Of a stretch of 64,000 nt of DNA, positions 52,466-64,000 are shown one piece after another. The stretch comes from Dimorphilus gyrociliatus (lineage: Eukaryota; Animalia; Annelida). A program made the translations under genes and the position numbers. A model generated the notes under the pieces. The model made no database searches, had not been told where the DNA came from, and was given only the letters and a program-made list of their open reading frames with translations. Location of the stretch: positions 1,589,601 to 1,653,600 of the forward strand of contig CAJFCJ010000006.1 in assembly GCA_904063045.1 (NCBI GenBank), read 5' to 3'. The number at the start of each line of letters is the position of its first letter. Position 1 is the stretch's first letter.

Positions 52466-55400
52466 AAAAGTAGTTCAAAAGAGGCGTATATAGGCGTTGG
52501 CCGTTTATCTGCGAGCGACGATCGTGCGCGTTACAAAGCCGCCGACCGGCGTCTAACTGTTCCTATACAAAAGCCGCCGTCGATCAAGTCGATACGGACT
52601 CTTCGCTGATTGGCTAAGACATCGGACCAATCAACGCGGAGTATTAGAGATATCGGCAAAAGAGCTATCGCTGGCGAATAGATAAAGTAAGATTGATGCT
52701 AGCAATTCGAGTCATTCGACGCTCAAGCGTTTCCTTTCTACCCCCTGATCCTCTGACTTTTAGCAATAGAAATAAACACTTGGCAAATTACGTAATCGAA
52801 ACGATTAAGCTTTCCAAACAGACGATAACAGGATTATAAACAAATTAGCAACGGCTATACAGGGCAAAATTAATCAGCGCAGTTACTTGATAAGAGATAA
52901 GAAAACGGAAGAGATATTAAGATATTAACCTATAATTAAAAACTTGTTTACATAATAGTTTCCCGCCAAATTTTACTCTTTATAATATAGCTAAATAGAT
53001 AAAAAAAATATCCTTCGTACATCTCGGGAAATCAACCGCGAATTCTAGCGTCACAATCGACGTCAATCAGGATACGTCGAGATAACAACTATATAGGCGT
53101 CTATTTCCACATATTCCTTTTTTTCTATTTATTATGCCCGTCCTCTAATTCGGTCGTGTGCTTTACAAGTTTATGGGGTGCTATATGAGTATTTTGTGGT
53201 CGTTCGTAAGGTTCTTTTAAAAGGTCTATAATTTATAGTTCTCCAATAGCTAAATACAAAATCGGTAGAGAGATTCGACGAAGAGCAGGAGCGTGTATGA
53301 AAGCGACAAAAACAAACAACACCGATAAAAACATTTTCTCTCTCGAATTATCGAGTTCTGCAAGATATGTTTTTTAAAAGCGGAAGTCCGTAACTGATAA
53401 GAAGATAAGGCAAAACATAGCAAAAGTAACACAAGTTTCTGTATAGAACAAACGGTAATCATTCATAAAAGCTATTAGGATTGTTTCAAGGTTTTTATAT
53501 ATAGGTACAAAAGTATAAATATCCCGTATTTTTCGCCATCTTATCTTTCAGCGTTCTCAAACAGACAATTCCCGATAAATCAGACGGAATTATAACAGTC
53601 TATTAAACAAATCGTTTCCTTCCATTCGTCCCTAACCTATTTGTAATGTTTTCAATAAAAATATAAAATTAAGTGGTAGGAAAGAAATTTTTTTTGCATA
53701 AATTAACGCACACCTGTTTCGTGTTCCTTTCAGAAGAAAGAAAGTGAACATCTTGCTCAATTGATCTTCACTAGACGCTAATTGCTTGTAAGCGAATGCA
53801 GATGCGTCTCTTTTATATATGAATGAATATAATTTTTTCTAATTAATCTCTTTTCTTCTAACGTATAAATCACGCGACGGAATCCGATTGACGTATCGCA
53901 GATTCGGATACGTAAGTGTTTTAATAGATGCTTTCAAAGTTCTTTTTCACCCAGATAAAGGCAATCTAATGGCGTAGGCCTCTCTTTTGATATGGCTAAA
54001 GAGTACCTTTTATAGATCGTCTATATCGTTACAACTTGGTGCTAATTATCCAAAAAACGCCCTCTAACGACTAGTTCTATTTTACAAAAAATGACTAAGA
54101 AGAGCGGAAGAAGTTAATGAAAAGAATTCAATAAAATATTAGATACATTGGAAACAGTACGCGTAACTTTGACAAAAAAGAATAAGCTGGCTAAAAAAGT
54201 AAATATTAGCATCGAATTACGACCAAACATTTCTTGCAGTTCTTAATGTTTGCGTTTGACCTTACTGTAGCCTATTCGTAATGAATTACAAACAACACAT
54301 ATAGATAAGAAGTTTGCAAGTAGTTTATAACGTTTTCCCTTATCTATTCGTAACTTACACAGCGCTCTTTTCTTTGGGCGCTTTTCGCGGTAATAAAAAC
54401 AAAAAGCGGAAAAAATACACATAAAAAAGAAAATAATATGAAGATGGTATAAGCTTTAAGGCAAATGATGATATATGCTTAAACGCGAATTGCTGGCAAT
54501 AAAATGTTGAAACACGTGAATGGCACTTAGAGTTATAGCCTCCGTAAAAGTTTTGTATTATGTGTCAATAAAATCTCTATATAGAGAAAACGGTCACGTG
54601 ATAATATATAGTAAACGTATTCTAAACGCGCAAGAACGCCCCAAACATTAAGGATAAGAATAGGCAAAGTTATCTCGGTTAAAACTATCGCCATCTAGCG
54701 GTTTCTTATAAGTTTGACCATCGACCATTCCCCACCCTTATCTACAAACAGTCCAAATTTGCAAATAATTAATCCCAACAGATTCTTGCCATCTGCTGGT
54801 TGATTTTTCTTTCTTTTTTTTCTTTTAAAATTGGGAAGCGATGAAGGAAGATATAAAGAAAAGATTGAAAGTAGAGAATTCCGGCAAACTAGACGCTCAG
54901 CTAAGCGTAACGCCGAAGACCTTCAAAGCGACTCTCGAATCGGAATAAGTGGAGAGCATGAGTTCGAATAAAACGAGCTAAACAGATCATTAGCGTTGGT
55001 ACAAAAAAGAGACAAAAAGAGACACAGAAAGATAGAGAGATGGAAAGAACGAGAGCGAGAGCATGAGAGAAACAGGCACGGCAGACGTACAGATAGATAG
55101 AATGTAAACGAGAGAGAGTGAGAGAGAGAGAGAGAGGATGAAAAAGACAAGAATAAAAACGAAAAAATTTGTTTCTAAAATTCTTATCTCTATCGTTTTA
55201 TGACCGATTCGTACGTCGAGTATCAGAATCGTGAGAAATCGAACGTTTTTTGGGTGGTCATAAAAAGTGGTCGCTATATATTTTTTGACAGTAGATTGTC
55301 CAGTACGTTGCCCATTTATGGCACTGGATAATAATTCGATGGAGAGGATGCTTTCGATTGCTGCTGATAAGCTTTTAAATGCTTCATCACGTTTTAGTTA

Positions 55401-56575
55401 GAATGTTCGAATATTTTTATTATGCTATTTATCTTGTCATAAAATATTATTTAAAGGCTTTTGTAAAGGCATTTAACAGTTATGGGAATAGCAACTCAAT
55501 CGTTTAATTAATCAACAATTAACAGATAAAAATCAGCTATTTCATTAACTTTCCAATCATCTTCTCTTCCCTTTCAACTTTTAAGTAGATACTTTTAATT
55601 GCTCTCTACTTAACCCTAAAATACTACATATACATGTATCGGTTAAGTGGATGAACTACGCCATCTATGTGCCAATTTAAGAGAGAATAACAAATTAAAT
55701 CGACCTACTAAAATAGAAACTGTACCTATCTAAGGTCGGAATTTTCTCTTTAAATGACATGTTTAACAAAAGTAAATGCTATTGAGGGAAAATATAGAGT
55801 TTGGTTTTGATGTTCTAAGTAAATACACATTCTGAAGGATACAGAAGAGTAAGTGAGGGGAAGAGATAGAGAGAAAAAGGTCGGCTAATTTATCCGCCTC
55901 GTTAAATAAGTTGATTCGACTTAGGTTTCTCGGATATTTATATTTTTAAGTATTTTCTAATATCAATAATATTAGTTTTAAGTATGTCATCACAAATACT
56001 GTTTAACGTTCATCAATTCAAATTTTAAATATCTTTTTAATCCTTTTATCTGGTTATCATTTCCTATTAGAGGTATTTATTCTCAATTGCTTGTCAGTCG
56101 GCCTATTATACATATAACGGAGAACGTCACTGTTTTATTGCATTCTTATTATATCGGTGCTTGAAAGAGAGTTATACGATAATAAAAAAAAAATTCGTCA
56201 TGCCATCTGTTATCTATTTTTGCAATTATTTTCTTTGACTTTTCACTTGAACCAAATCTAAAGATTTATTATGAGTAGGAAAAGCTTGACAAAGTTTCCT
56301 TTTCCCTAAGATAATCATTCGCAATTAAATCGACTGGAAAATTCTTTATAATCTTAATTTTTTCATACTAAAAACTATAAACACATGTATATAATAAACA
56401 AATAATATTAGCCTCGCAACTCCTGACAACAGGTGTGCTTGGTATGGAATTTATATTCATTAATAAATAAAAACATTTAACTAAACGTTCTTGTGTAATC
56501 TTGATCTTATCCTTTTGAGAATGAGAGAAAAAATCAGCACAGAATCACGTTCGAACAAACTTAGCATTCAGTGGC

Positions 56576-57070
56576 ATGACGTCGAGACGTAAACTCGGTA
56601 CGATTGGTAAATCGGACTGGAAGATAGAGGAAGCGAGATATAGGAAGATTAGGGATCTAATTCAAATTCACAGCGAAGTACTCAGAACTCAAGATAAGAC
56701 AAACGATTCTCCTTTTGTTCAGTTTCGTCTTGTATTAACAACAGTTAAAAAAGAACCTTTGAATAGACAAACAAGATGTTCAAGGAGAAACGATCCTCGC
56801 CTATGTCACTATTGCAATATAACTGGACCATTAGCATGTTCAGAGTGTTTAAAGGAATATAGAAAACGACTAGTTTATCAGAAGATCGAGGAACGCTTTC
56901 CGGACATATCAGTTCGTCAGGGTATTGTAAAAAGATCTGCTAGGAATAAACCAACGGAATTAGACATTTATAAGAGAATACGAGACAGAAGTAGGATGGA
57001 GCCCGTTATTTTTCCAGCAATACCAAATGACAAATCCTTCAATCGAATATCAGATAAGATCGAACAATGA
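56576..57070 (+). CDS. Uncharacterised basic 164-aa single-exon protein with a CxxC-x7-CxxC motif
   Basis: ATG-initiated ORF with coding-like GC content in an AT-rich surround; CHYCNITGPLACSEC. Confidence 0.6.
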   Translation: MTSRRKLGTIGKSDWKIEEARYRKIRDLIQIHSEVLRTQDKTNDSPFVQFRLVLTTVKKEPLNRQTRCSRRNDPRLCHYCNITGPLACSECLKEYRKRLVYQKIEERFPDISVRQGIVKRSARNKPTELDIYKRIRDRSRMEPVIFPAIPNDKSFNRISDKIEQ

Positions 57071-58186
57071 ATATTAATCTTTAGATGCATTCGGTGACTA
57101 ATTAAATCCATGCATATCAATATACACACTGTATTTATTTACTGCAGAATAACGGTGCGGTTTCTCACCTTTGAAGTACTTAGTACATAATTTTAACCAG
57201 TTTTAACTTGGGAAATTTTGTTTCACTCTATTACGTAAATGCCATTTAATAACAACAATATAGATCTAAATGATTCCAAAGTCTACTAATAGTATTTTTA
57301 TAAGAGAACAGAATAATCTTCATCTTCAATTCCGGTACTTTTCAATTACTATTTTTATGTTTATGTAAGTTAATCAGTTTATGTAGATTTGGTCAATAAC
57401 TATTATAGTAATTGATTTACAAGCCTTGACGTTGAATGGTTAATAGCGGATATAAAGTTATTCCTTTTACATCTACTGTCATTTAACATAGTATTTTATA
57501 TAGCTAATATATGTAGTTATCTGCTAATGAATATTTCGATTAATAAATGTTATAACAACACATCAATTCATTGATTAATATCTCTTCCCGCTTTTCAAGT
57601 TCTATAGACAAAGTAAGCGATTTTTATCTATTATTTAAATAGAAATGATGAAATGAGCATAAATTTTTATGCTTATTCTACTGGCGGAATAGATTATCAT
57701 TTTTTAGTTGAAATAAAAAGATTTTCAGTAGAACTTATTATATAAATTTATTAAAATAGACTGTTTTCATACAAGAGTAACAGATGTTCATAGAAAAAGA
57801 ATTTTTATACCTTATTTTTGTCAAAGATAAAATTAATTCCCCAAAAAGCCATTGAAAGGTAAATTTTTTAATCGAATTTATTATTCATCGATAAGTTCAA
57901 TTTACAATAAAATATAATAATAAAAAACTAATAATAATAATAGAAAAAGGAAACGAAGAATTATTGATGAATAAGAGAAATGATTAGAGATTAGACGTCC
58001 ATTTTTATTATAAATGCTCTTTCTATTTTAAATTAAATAATAAAGCTATCGGACTTATTATCAGAAGGGGTTAGAAACAAAGAGAATGACAAAAATATAT
58101 ATATAGAGGTTCAAATAAACAGCTGTTAAAACTGTTAAAACATTCTCATTTTCGTAGCAGATGCCAATGGATTAAGTGAATTTAAA

Positions 58187-59188
58187 ATGAGGAAATACAA
58201 ACTGAGTATTTCACTCATTCTAATAATATTAGGAATATCGTTTTATTTTTGGAGACATTTTCGTTGGAATCAAAATTTTGATAATAATACCGCAATTCAT
58301 TTATATAAAAATCGTATTGAAACAAGTAACAGTGATAAAAGGATATCAATTATTAAGAAAACTTGCAAACTGTATGGTAAGGAAATTGAAATGAACCTTG
58401 ATAAGAAATTCCATACGTTTATTTACGTTTTCGAGAAGTTAAATTTACTATTTTGTGCTGTACCTAAGACAGCAAATACAAATTTTCGTAGGCTTTTTCT
58501 CAGTAAATCAAATTCAAAACGTTTTGGTAAAAATCCTGAAAAAATCTCTCATTTAATAGCTTTAAAATACAAGATTGAGAATTATATGGTTCCTTTAAAG
58601 GTATGCAATAATATAGTAATATAATTACTTTACACGATTATAGTAGCATGAGTATATGTTAATATTGACGTTTTATTCGCTAAATAGCTCTATAATAAGA
58701 CTGAACAAGCTAGAATCCTAAAGGAATATCACAAGATCGCCTTTGTTAGAAATCCATTTGATAGACTTCACTCGGCATTTTATAATAAACTCGTTAATCA
58801 AAGAACCAGCATTCAGTTCAAAATGTTTCATCATGAAATTTATCCACCAGGACATCCAACTCTCTTTGAACCGTTTGTCTCCTATCTATTAAAAAGACCA
58901 AAAGATATGCAATTTCGTAATGATATTCATTGGAGGCCAATCAATGAAATTTGTCATCCATGTCAAATTAACTACGACTTTATTGGAAATTATGAAACTT
59001 TAGAAGATGACTTGGCTGAAGTTTCAAACTTGTTAAATATGAAGATTAAATTTCCCAGAACTAGGAAAAATAGAATTTATTGGAAAGATAGTTTTAAACC
59101 GATTATGAAATTACATCCTGATTATAGAGAAAGATTGACAAATCACTATTTCCATGATTTAAAAATGTTTAATTACACTTATGATTAA
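58187..59188 (+). CDS. Carbohydrate sulfotransferase (Sulfotransfer_2 / CHST8-14-like), 2 exons
   Basis: Type II anchor, 5'-PSB motif VPKTANTNF, 3'-PB motif RNPFDRLHSAF, and HWRPINEICHPC...YDFIG. Confidence 0.92.
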
Positions 59189-60694
59189 GAAAGAAACAGA
59201 GAGAGAGAGAGAGGGAGAGACAATAATTGAATTATATCCTGTATTATTTATCTGTATGTCTATTTGGAACTTACACTTGTTAATAATCATTCATTTGCTG
59301 AATTTGAGCATGCAAGCACAAAAAATGTATCAATATAAGAATAAAAAGTGAAAAATGTTAAGGTAAAAGTTCAATTGTTATAGTTAAATTTGTTACATAT
59401 TTTCTACAAAAATACGGCTATTAAGCTTAGTTTCAATTCTCTTTCCTTTTGTACTCTTCTATATAAAAACGCCTTTTCTAATTTTAATATTGCAAGTAGA
59501 TGGCGTTTGAGAATACAATCAGTATGATGATATTCAACTATTGGGGATACTATAAATAGATGGAGAAATGAATTTAAAATGAATTTAAAATAGAGAAGTA
59601 GAAAATGGGGGAGGGAAGGGAGAGAGAATGTATTTACCGTACGTATTTAAAGCATGAAAAGTGCAACATAAGGTAATATCACTGGCTTTTTCCAATGAAT
59701 TATTAGCATATGCATTTACAGTCTATTTTTAAATGGCATTTGGAACAAAAGACATGCCTTATAAAATCTAAGATCAACGGATAGTGAAAAAAAACCGTCA
59801 GATGTTATTGGGATGTTAAAGCTAGAATATCTATATAAAATTGTTACTGAAATAAAAAAATAACGGCTTCTGATAGAATAATAAAAGCTTTAACAACAAA
59901 AGTACAGGTGTCATAAAATCCTTAACGATTTCATAAATATATTAGTATTATTCTTGTAAAATATTAACTAAAAGCTTTTTTTCTACGAAAACTTATTATT
60001 AGAAAAGCTAGACATGATATGACACTATTTTTTGCCTATTCCTATAAGACAATAAAGAATGCGGCAAAAAATCTAATAGCCTGAAGAAGAGACGCTATCA
60101 TTCACGTTCTTCCCCCGTTCCCCCCTGATATTAATTATTAATAAAAGAATTTTAAATATATAGAAACGGTTTTTATACGAATAAGCAGAATGTTTACTTG
60201 TAAAATAGACTGTTTACAAGCGATTTATGTCAAATGCTGTTTACTAATATCATTTTTTGTCAATTTATTATTATTTAAGGTTTTGCAGCTTCTTTGAGTT
60301 TCTTCGCAATGTGCTTCCCGCCTAGTAATAGTCTCGTTTCCATCATCGACTTCCGTTTCCGGCATCCGTGTTCTTCAATGGCGGATTAATCTGTCACAAT
60401 TTCATAAGAAATAATATTGAGAGGATGCTCTAGTGTGTCTATGGTCTTTTCTAGCAGGGATAAACGCGATGTAAAACTTTCTTTTTAGTTCTGCCAAAAT
60501 TCACAGGTAAGATTTAGGAAATGTTTTATACGAAATGGTTTCGAATCTTATGAAATTGCGCTTCCCTACTTGGGTTAATTGGACGCTGATAAATATTTAA
60601 TAACATGTATTTCCAACACAAAAACCTATCATTCGATTACCAAAGCCTATTTTTTCTGCAGGTTGCGGTAAACTCCGAGAAAAGGATAGGGATC

Positions 60695-62498
60695 ATGGCA
60701 CTTTGTGATAAAGGTATCCGGAAATACGCGAATTCTAAATAAATTATTTTTTTCCATACATAATTGCATAAAATATATTACTTTATAGGAAGTCCTAAAA
60801 AAAGGGAGAAAGACTCTGAATCTCCTGAGAAGCGATACATGTCTGTTATGAAATTAAATAAATCTGGTAGGTAGACAATGTTATTTCTGGACGGCTTCTT
60901 AAGCTGTACATCTTAAATAATATATATAATTCTTCTAGGAACGATAGAATCCAGTATAACGTTATGGCAGTTTCTTTTGGAGCTTTTAGTGAATGAAAAG
61001 TACAATCATTTAATTAAATGGACGAATAATGAAGGTGAATTCAAACTAATAAACGCTGAAGAAGTGGCCAAATTGTGGGGTCTAAGAAAGAATAAAGTAA
61101 GTAAAATTGTATGAATTGAAAAAAATTCTTTATATGAAATATTAGCTTACGCCTTTTAGGCTTCTATTATAATGATAATTTGTTAATGGGTGTAATATTT
61201 TTTGTAAATATTTTATGCAAAATATAAACGCTTTTCATCGGTAATTCAATTTTAAAACAGAGTAATATGAACTACGATAAACTGTCCAGAGCCCTTCGGT
61301 ACTATTACGATAAAAATATAATAAAGAAAGTACTAGGTCAGAAATTCGTCTACAAGTTTGTTGCTTGTCCAGATACTTCAAAAAAAGATGATAATTCAGC
61401 TAGTTTAGTGAATTTTCCGTATTCGGATTTTGCAAGAGTATCTAAGAAAACATCTCAGGTGTCTCCTGAACCTGCAGCGACAGCATCAGCAGCAATAGAT
61501 TACAGCAATAAGGCGCCAGTGTCTCAAGAAAATGATAAAAGTAAAATCAAGTCAGAGGAACGAGTACCAATTATGACGGTGAGTATTCTAAATTTAGACT
61601 TTATCTGATGCAGCAGATTATCTTCATTATTTTTTTATTGAAAAGTAAAACATTGCAAGCATTTGGAATATTGAAATTAAAAACCTGTAATATTATATGC
61701 AATATTTCATATAAAAACGATGAATTGTTTTTATAAATAGCTTTATATTATTTCTTTTTTAAGAATAATTAATGATACGCTGTTATATATGCTTATTTGT
61801 TGTCAGTAAATAGTATGCGACTCCAGAGATTAGGACTAAGATAAGACTTTTATGATTGCATCTTTGCGTATCTGAATAATAAGAAAGACTATTTAAATGA
61901 ACTTCTGCGTAAAGGCCAGTTGTCATAAGTTTAGAAGTAATGATAAAACAGTTAGACTGATATCGCACTGATAAAGTTAACGTCTAATTATAATGTTTTT
62001 TTTGTGTAAAAATAGGTAATCTCACCACCTTCAGAAGATCAGTTAAAAGATTCTGAAGTTTGTTGCGTGAAGATAGAATCACCCACACCACCTTCTAATT
62101 CACCATCTCCTCAACCTCTGGATAAATTGACAACTGTTTCAAAGCACAAGCCAAATCCCATTGACCTCGGTCCAACAATCTTACAATCAACTTTCTCTCA
62201 TACGAACAGCCCTCATATAGTTGTCTCACCAGTTCCTGGAGGAGTAGGGGCACGAGGTACACCAGTTGGAGGTCTTCATTTTTGGAGTCAAATGAGTTCC
62301 ATTCTAAGTCCTGCTGCCGGCATTAGTCCGCACTTGAACATTCATAGTGGCGGAAATGGTCTGAACACACCGTCGTTTCAGTTTCCTGCTACATCAGGAA
62401 GCTTAGTAACGTCAGCTGCTGCAAGCCTATCTGTAGACGCTTTGAAAACGCCAGTCGTACTCACGTCGCCGAAATCTAGACAAGTACACTCGAATTGA
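60695..62498 (+). CDS. ELK: ETS ternary complex factor Elk (Elk1/3/4 ortholog), 4 coding exons; upstream non-coding exon ends at about 60507
   Basis: N-terminal ETS domain [11 protein letters not shown]...[33 protein letters not shown]-box-like LHFWSQMS and ERK-docking FQFP. Confidence 0.93.
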
Positions 62499-63031
62499 CC
62501 GTACTGTTTTTCTCGTCTATTTTCATTCGTTTGTTTGTACATCTTTTTTTCAATGTACAAAGACTAGAAATGTTTCTTCTAATAGATAAAATATAATCGG
62601 ATCAAAATTATATTTGACCCAATTTTTTAATTCTTTGGGACTTTTTTATTGGAATAAAAAACAAATACATGTCATTAAAAATATTTACCTGTTTGTTTCG
62701 AGCTAATATTTTTCATGGCTATCGAACTGGTTTTCGGCCAACCTTCAAAATGTATAGTGACATCTGGTGGGAAATTACGCAACACAATAGATAGAGTGTA
62801 TTTTCGAGGAGAAATACCTGCGCAGCATTCTAATTAATTCTATTTATATTATTAATGTTTACTAGGAAAAGTCTGTTTGCATGATGATAATTTTATTTAC
62901 ATTTATCTAGTAAAAACAAGGCGAAAAATATTTACATATTGTACATTTTTCGCAGCAGTTTGTCGCAAGAATTAAACGAACAGCACCAATACGAACAATT
63001 CATGAGCAAGAGAAGTGAATTTCGTCACCAT

Positions 63032-63533
63032 TTAATCATCGCAATCCAACGAATCGGGATATAAATGCTTGCAGGCTAAGTATACGACTGCCTCATAGGT
63101 AGCCATCATTATGGCCGTGTTAGGTATTTGACGAATTAATTGCGTAGTAAGTCCTCTATATAATCCTTTTGGCCCTTCTTCTCTACCCACTAAGGCTAAC
63201 GTTTGCCAAAAACTTCTATATCTATTACCCTCTTGTCGGAGTCGAGTACGAGCAACTTCGTGAGGATAGGCTAAACAAGTAGCTATAGTTTTGGATACTG
63301 CGCCGGCAGCCATGAATTCCATGAAATCCATTGTTGATCTATCTTCCTCATGAATAGATTGTCCTTTTATTTCACGTAATCTCGCTTTAATGGCTTCATA
63401 TATGACGAAATGAATAACAGTTTCACTGATTCCGTAATAAGAAGCAGTCATTCCCTTATAAAAACCTTGAATACCAGTCGTTCTCATTACATTTAATACA
63501 CACTGACGAACAGTAAGCTTCCCGTTACCTTTC
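63032..63533 (-). CDS. SLC25A36: Mitochondrial pyrimidine nucleotide carrier SLC25A33/36, last exon only (gene continues beyond window)
   Basis: [16 protein letters not shown] and [14 protein letters not shown] carrier signature, [14 protein letters not shown]; acceptor TTTACAG at about 63534. Confidence 0.93.
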
Positions 63534-64000
63534 CTGTAAATACAAAGTGCACATGTAAACATCTACGTTGTAAAGTAGAGCAGACAATTGGTGTCAATAT
63601 AATTGATTTTTGTTCGCCTTGACAGGATTCGTCTTAGTAAAAAGAAGTTACATAAACGAGTTTTTAAAAGCTAATTATAATTTAGCACCGTCGTTGCTTC
63701 TGGATTAATATTTATAATAAAATATCAATACCAGTTTAATGGTGCATGCGTAATTTTACTTTCTTTCAGACATAACAAGAATAAAAATTCGATTAGTTAG
63801 GCCTAGTCTCATCAATGTCGGCCACGTTTTCATCACGTGATATCTAAAACAGACATCTTCTAAGTATGGTATACAAAAAATGATTTTCATAGATAGAACA
63901 GCTTCTTACTAATCATTATCAACTGAAAAGTCCAAAAAAATATAACAAAAACTGGCCTACGTGCAGATTTGAATGTATTTCTATTTTTAAAATGTAGGTG

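Overview
AT-rich eukaryotic (metazoan) genomic DNA with very dense genes and mostly 50-200 nt GT-AG introns. Gene content (NK7 homeobox, VMO1-domain protein, an allatostatin-C-like peptide ending VSCW) and compaction suggest a small-genome lophotrochozoan, plausibly an annelid (inference). I assembled spliced models by eye for: a DUF229 pseudogene, a pseudokinase, a two-exon AstC/somatostatin-like neuropeptide precursor, METTL10 and MRPL52 (head-to-head, 43 bp between ATGs), Rab7, a cyclophilin, OTUD5, an unknown 373-aa MG-start protein, CaMKI, a hidden five-exon gene, a CYP7/8-clan P450, rootletin (2102 aa, one 5.8 kb exon), an 82-aa secreted Cys peptide, a PAN-EGF-VMO1 mosaic protein, a DUF4743-Nudix hydrolase, NK7, a CxxC ORF, a carbohydrate sulfotransferase, Elk and the 3' end of SLC25A36. 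No tRNA, rRNA, CRISPR array or intact mobile element was seen. The most interesting signals are the neuropeptide precursor with a CRE-TATA promoter, several orphan secreted or possibly ciliary genes, and recurrent CTCF-like, CRE and X-box motifs at gene boundaries. All motif scans were manual and may be incomplete.
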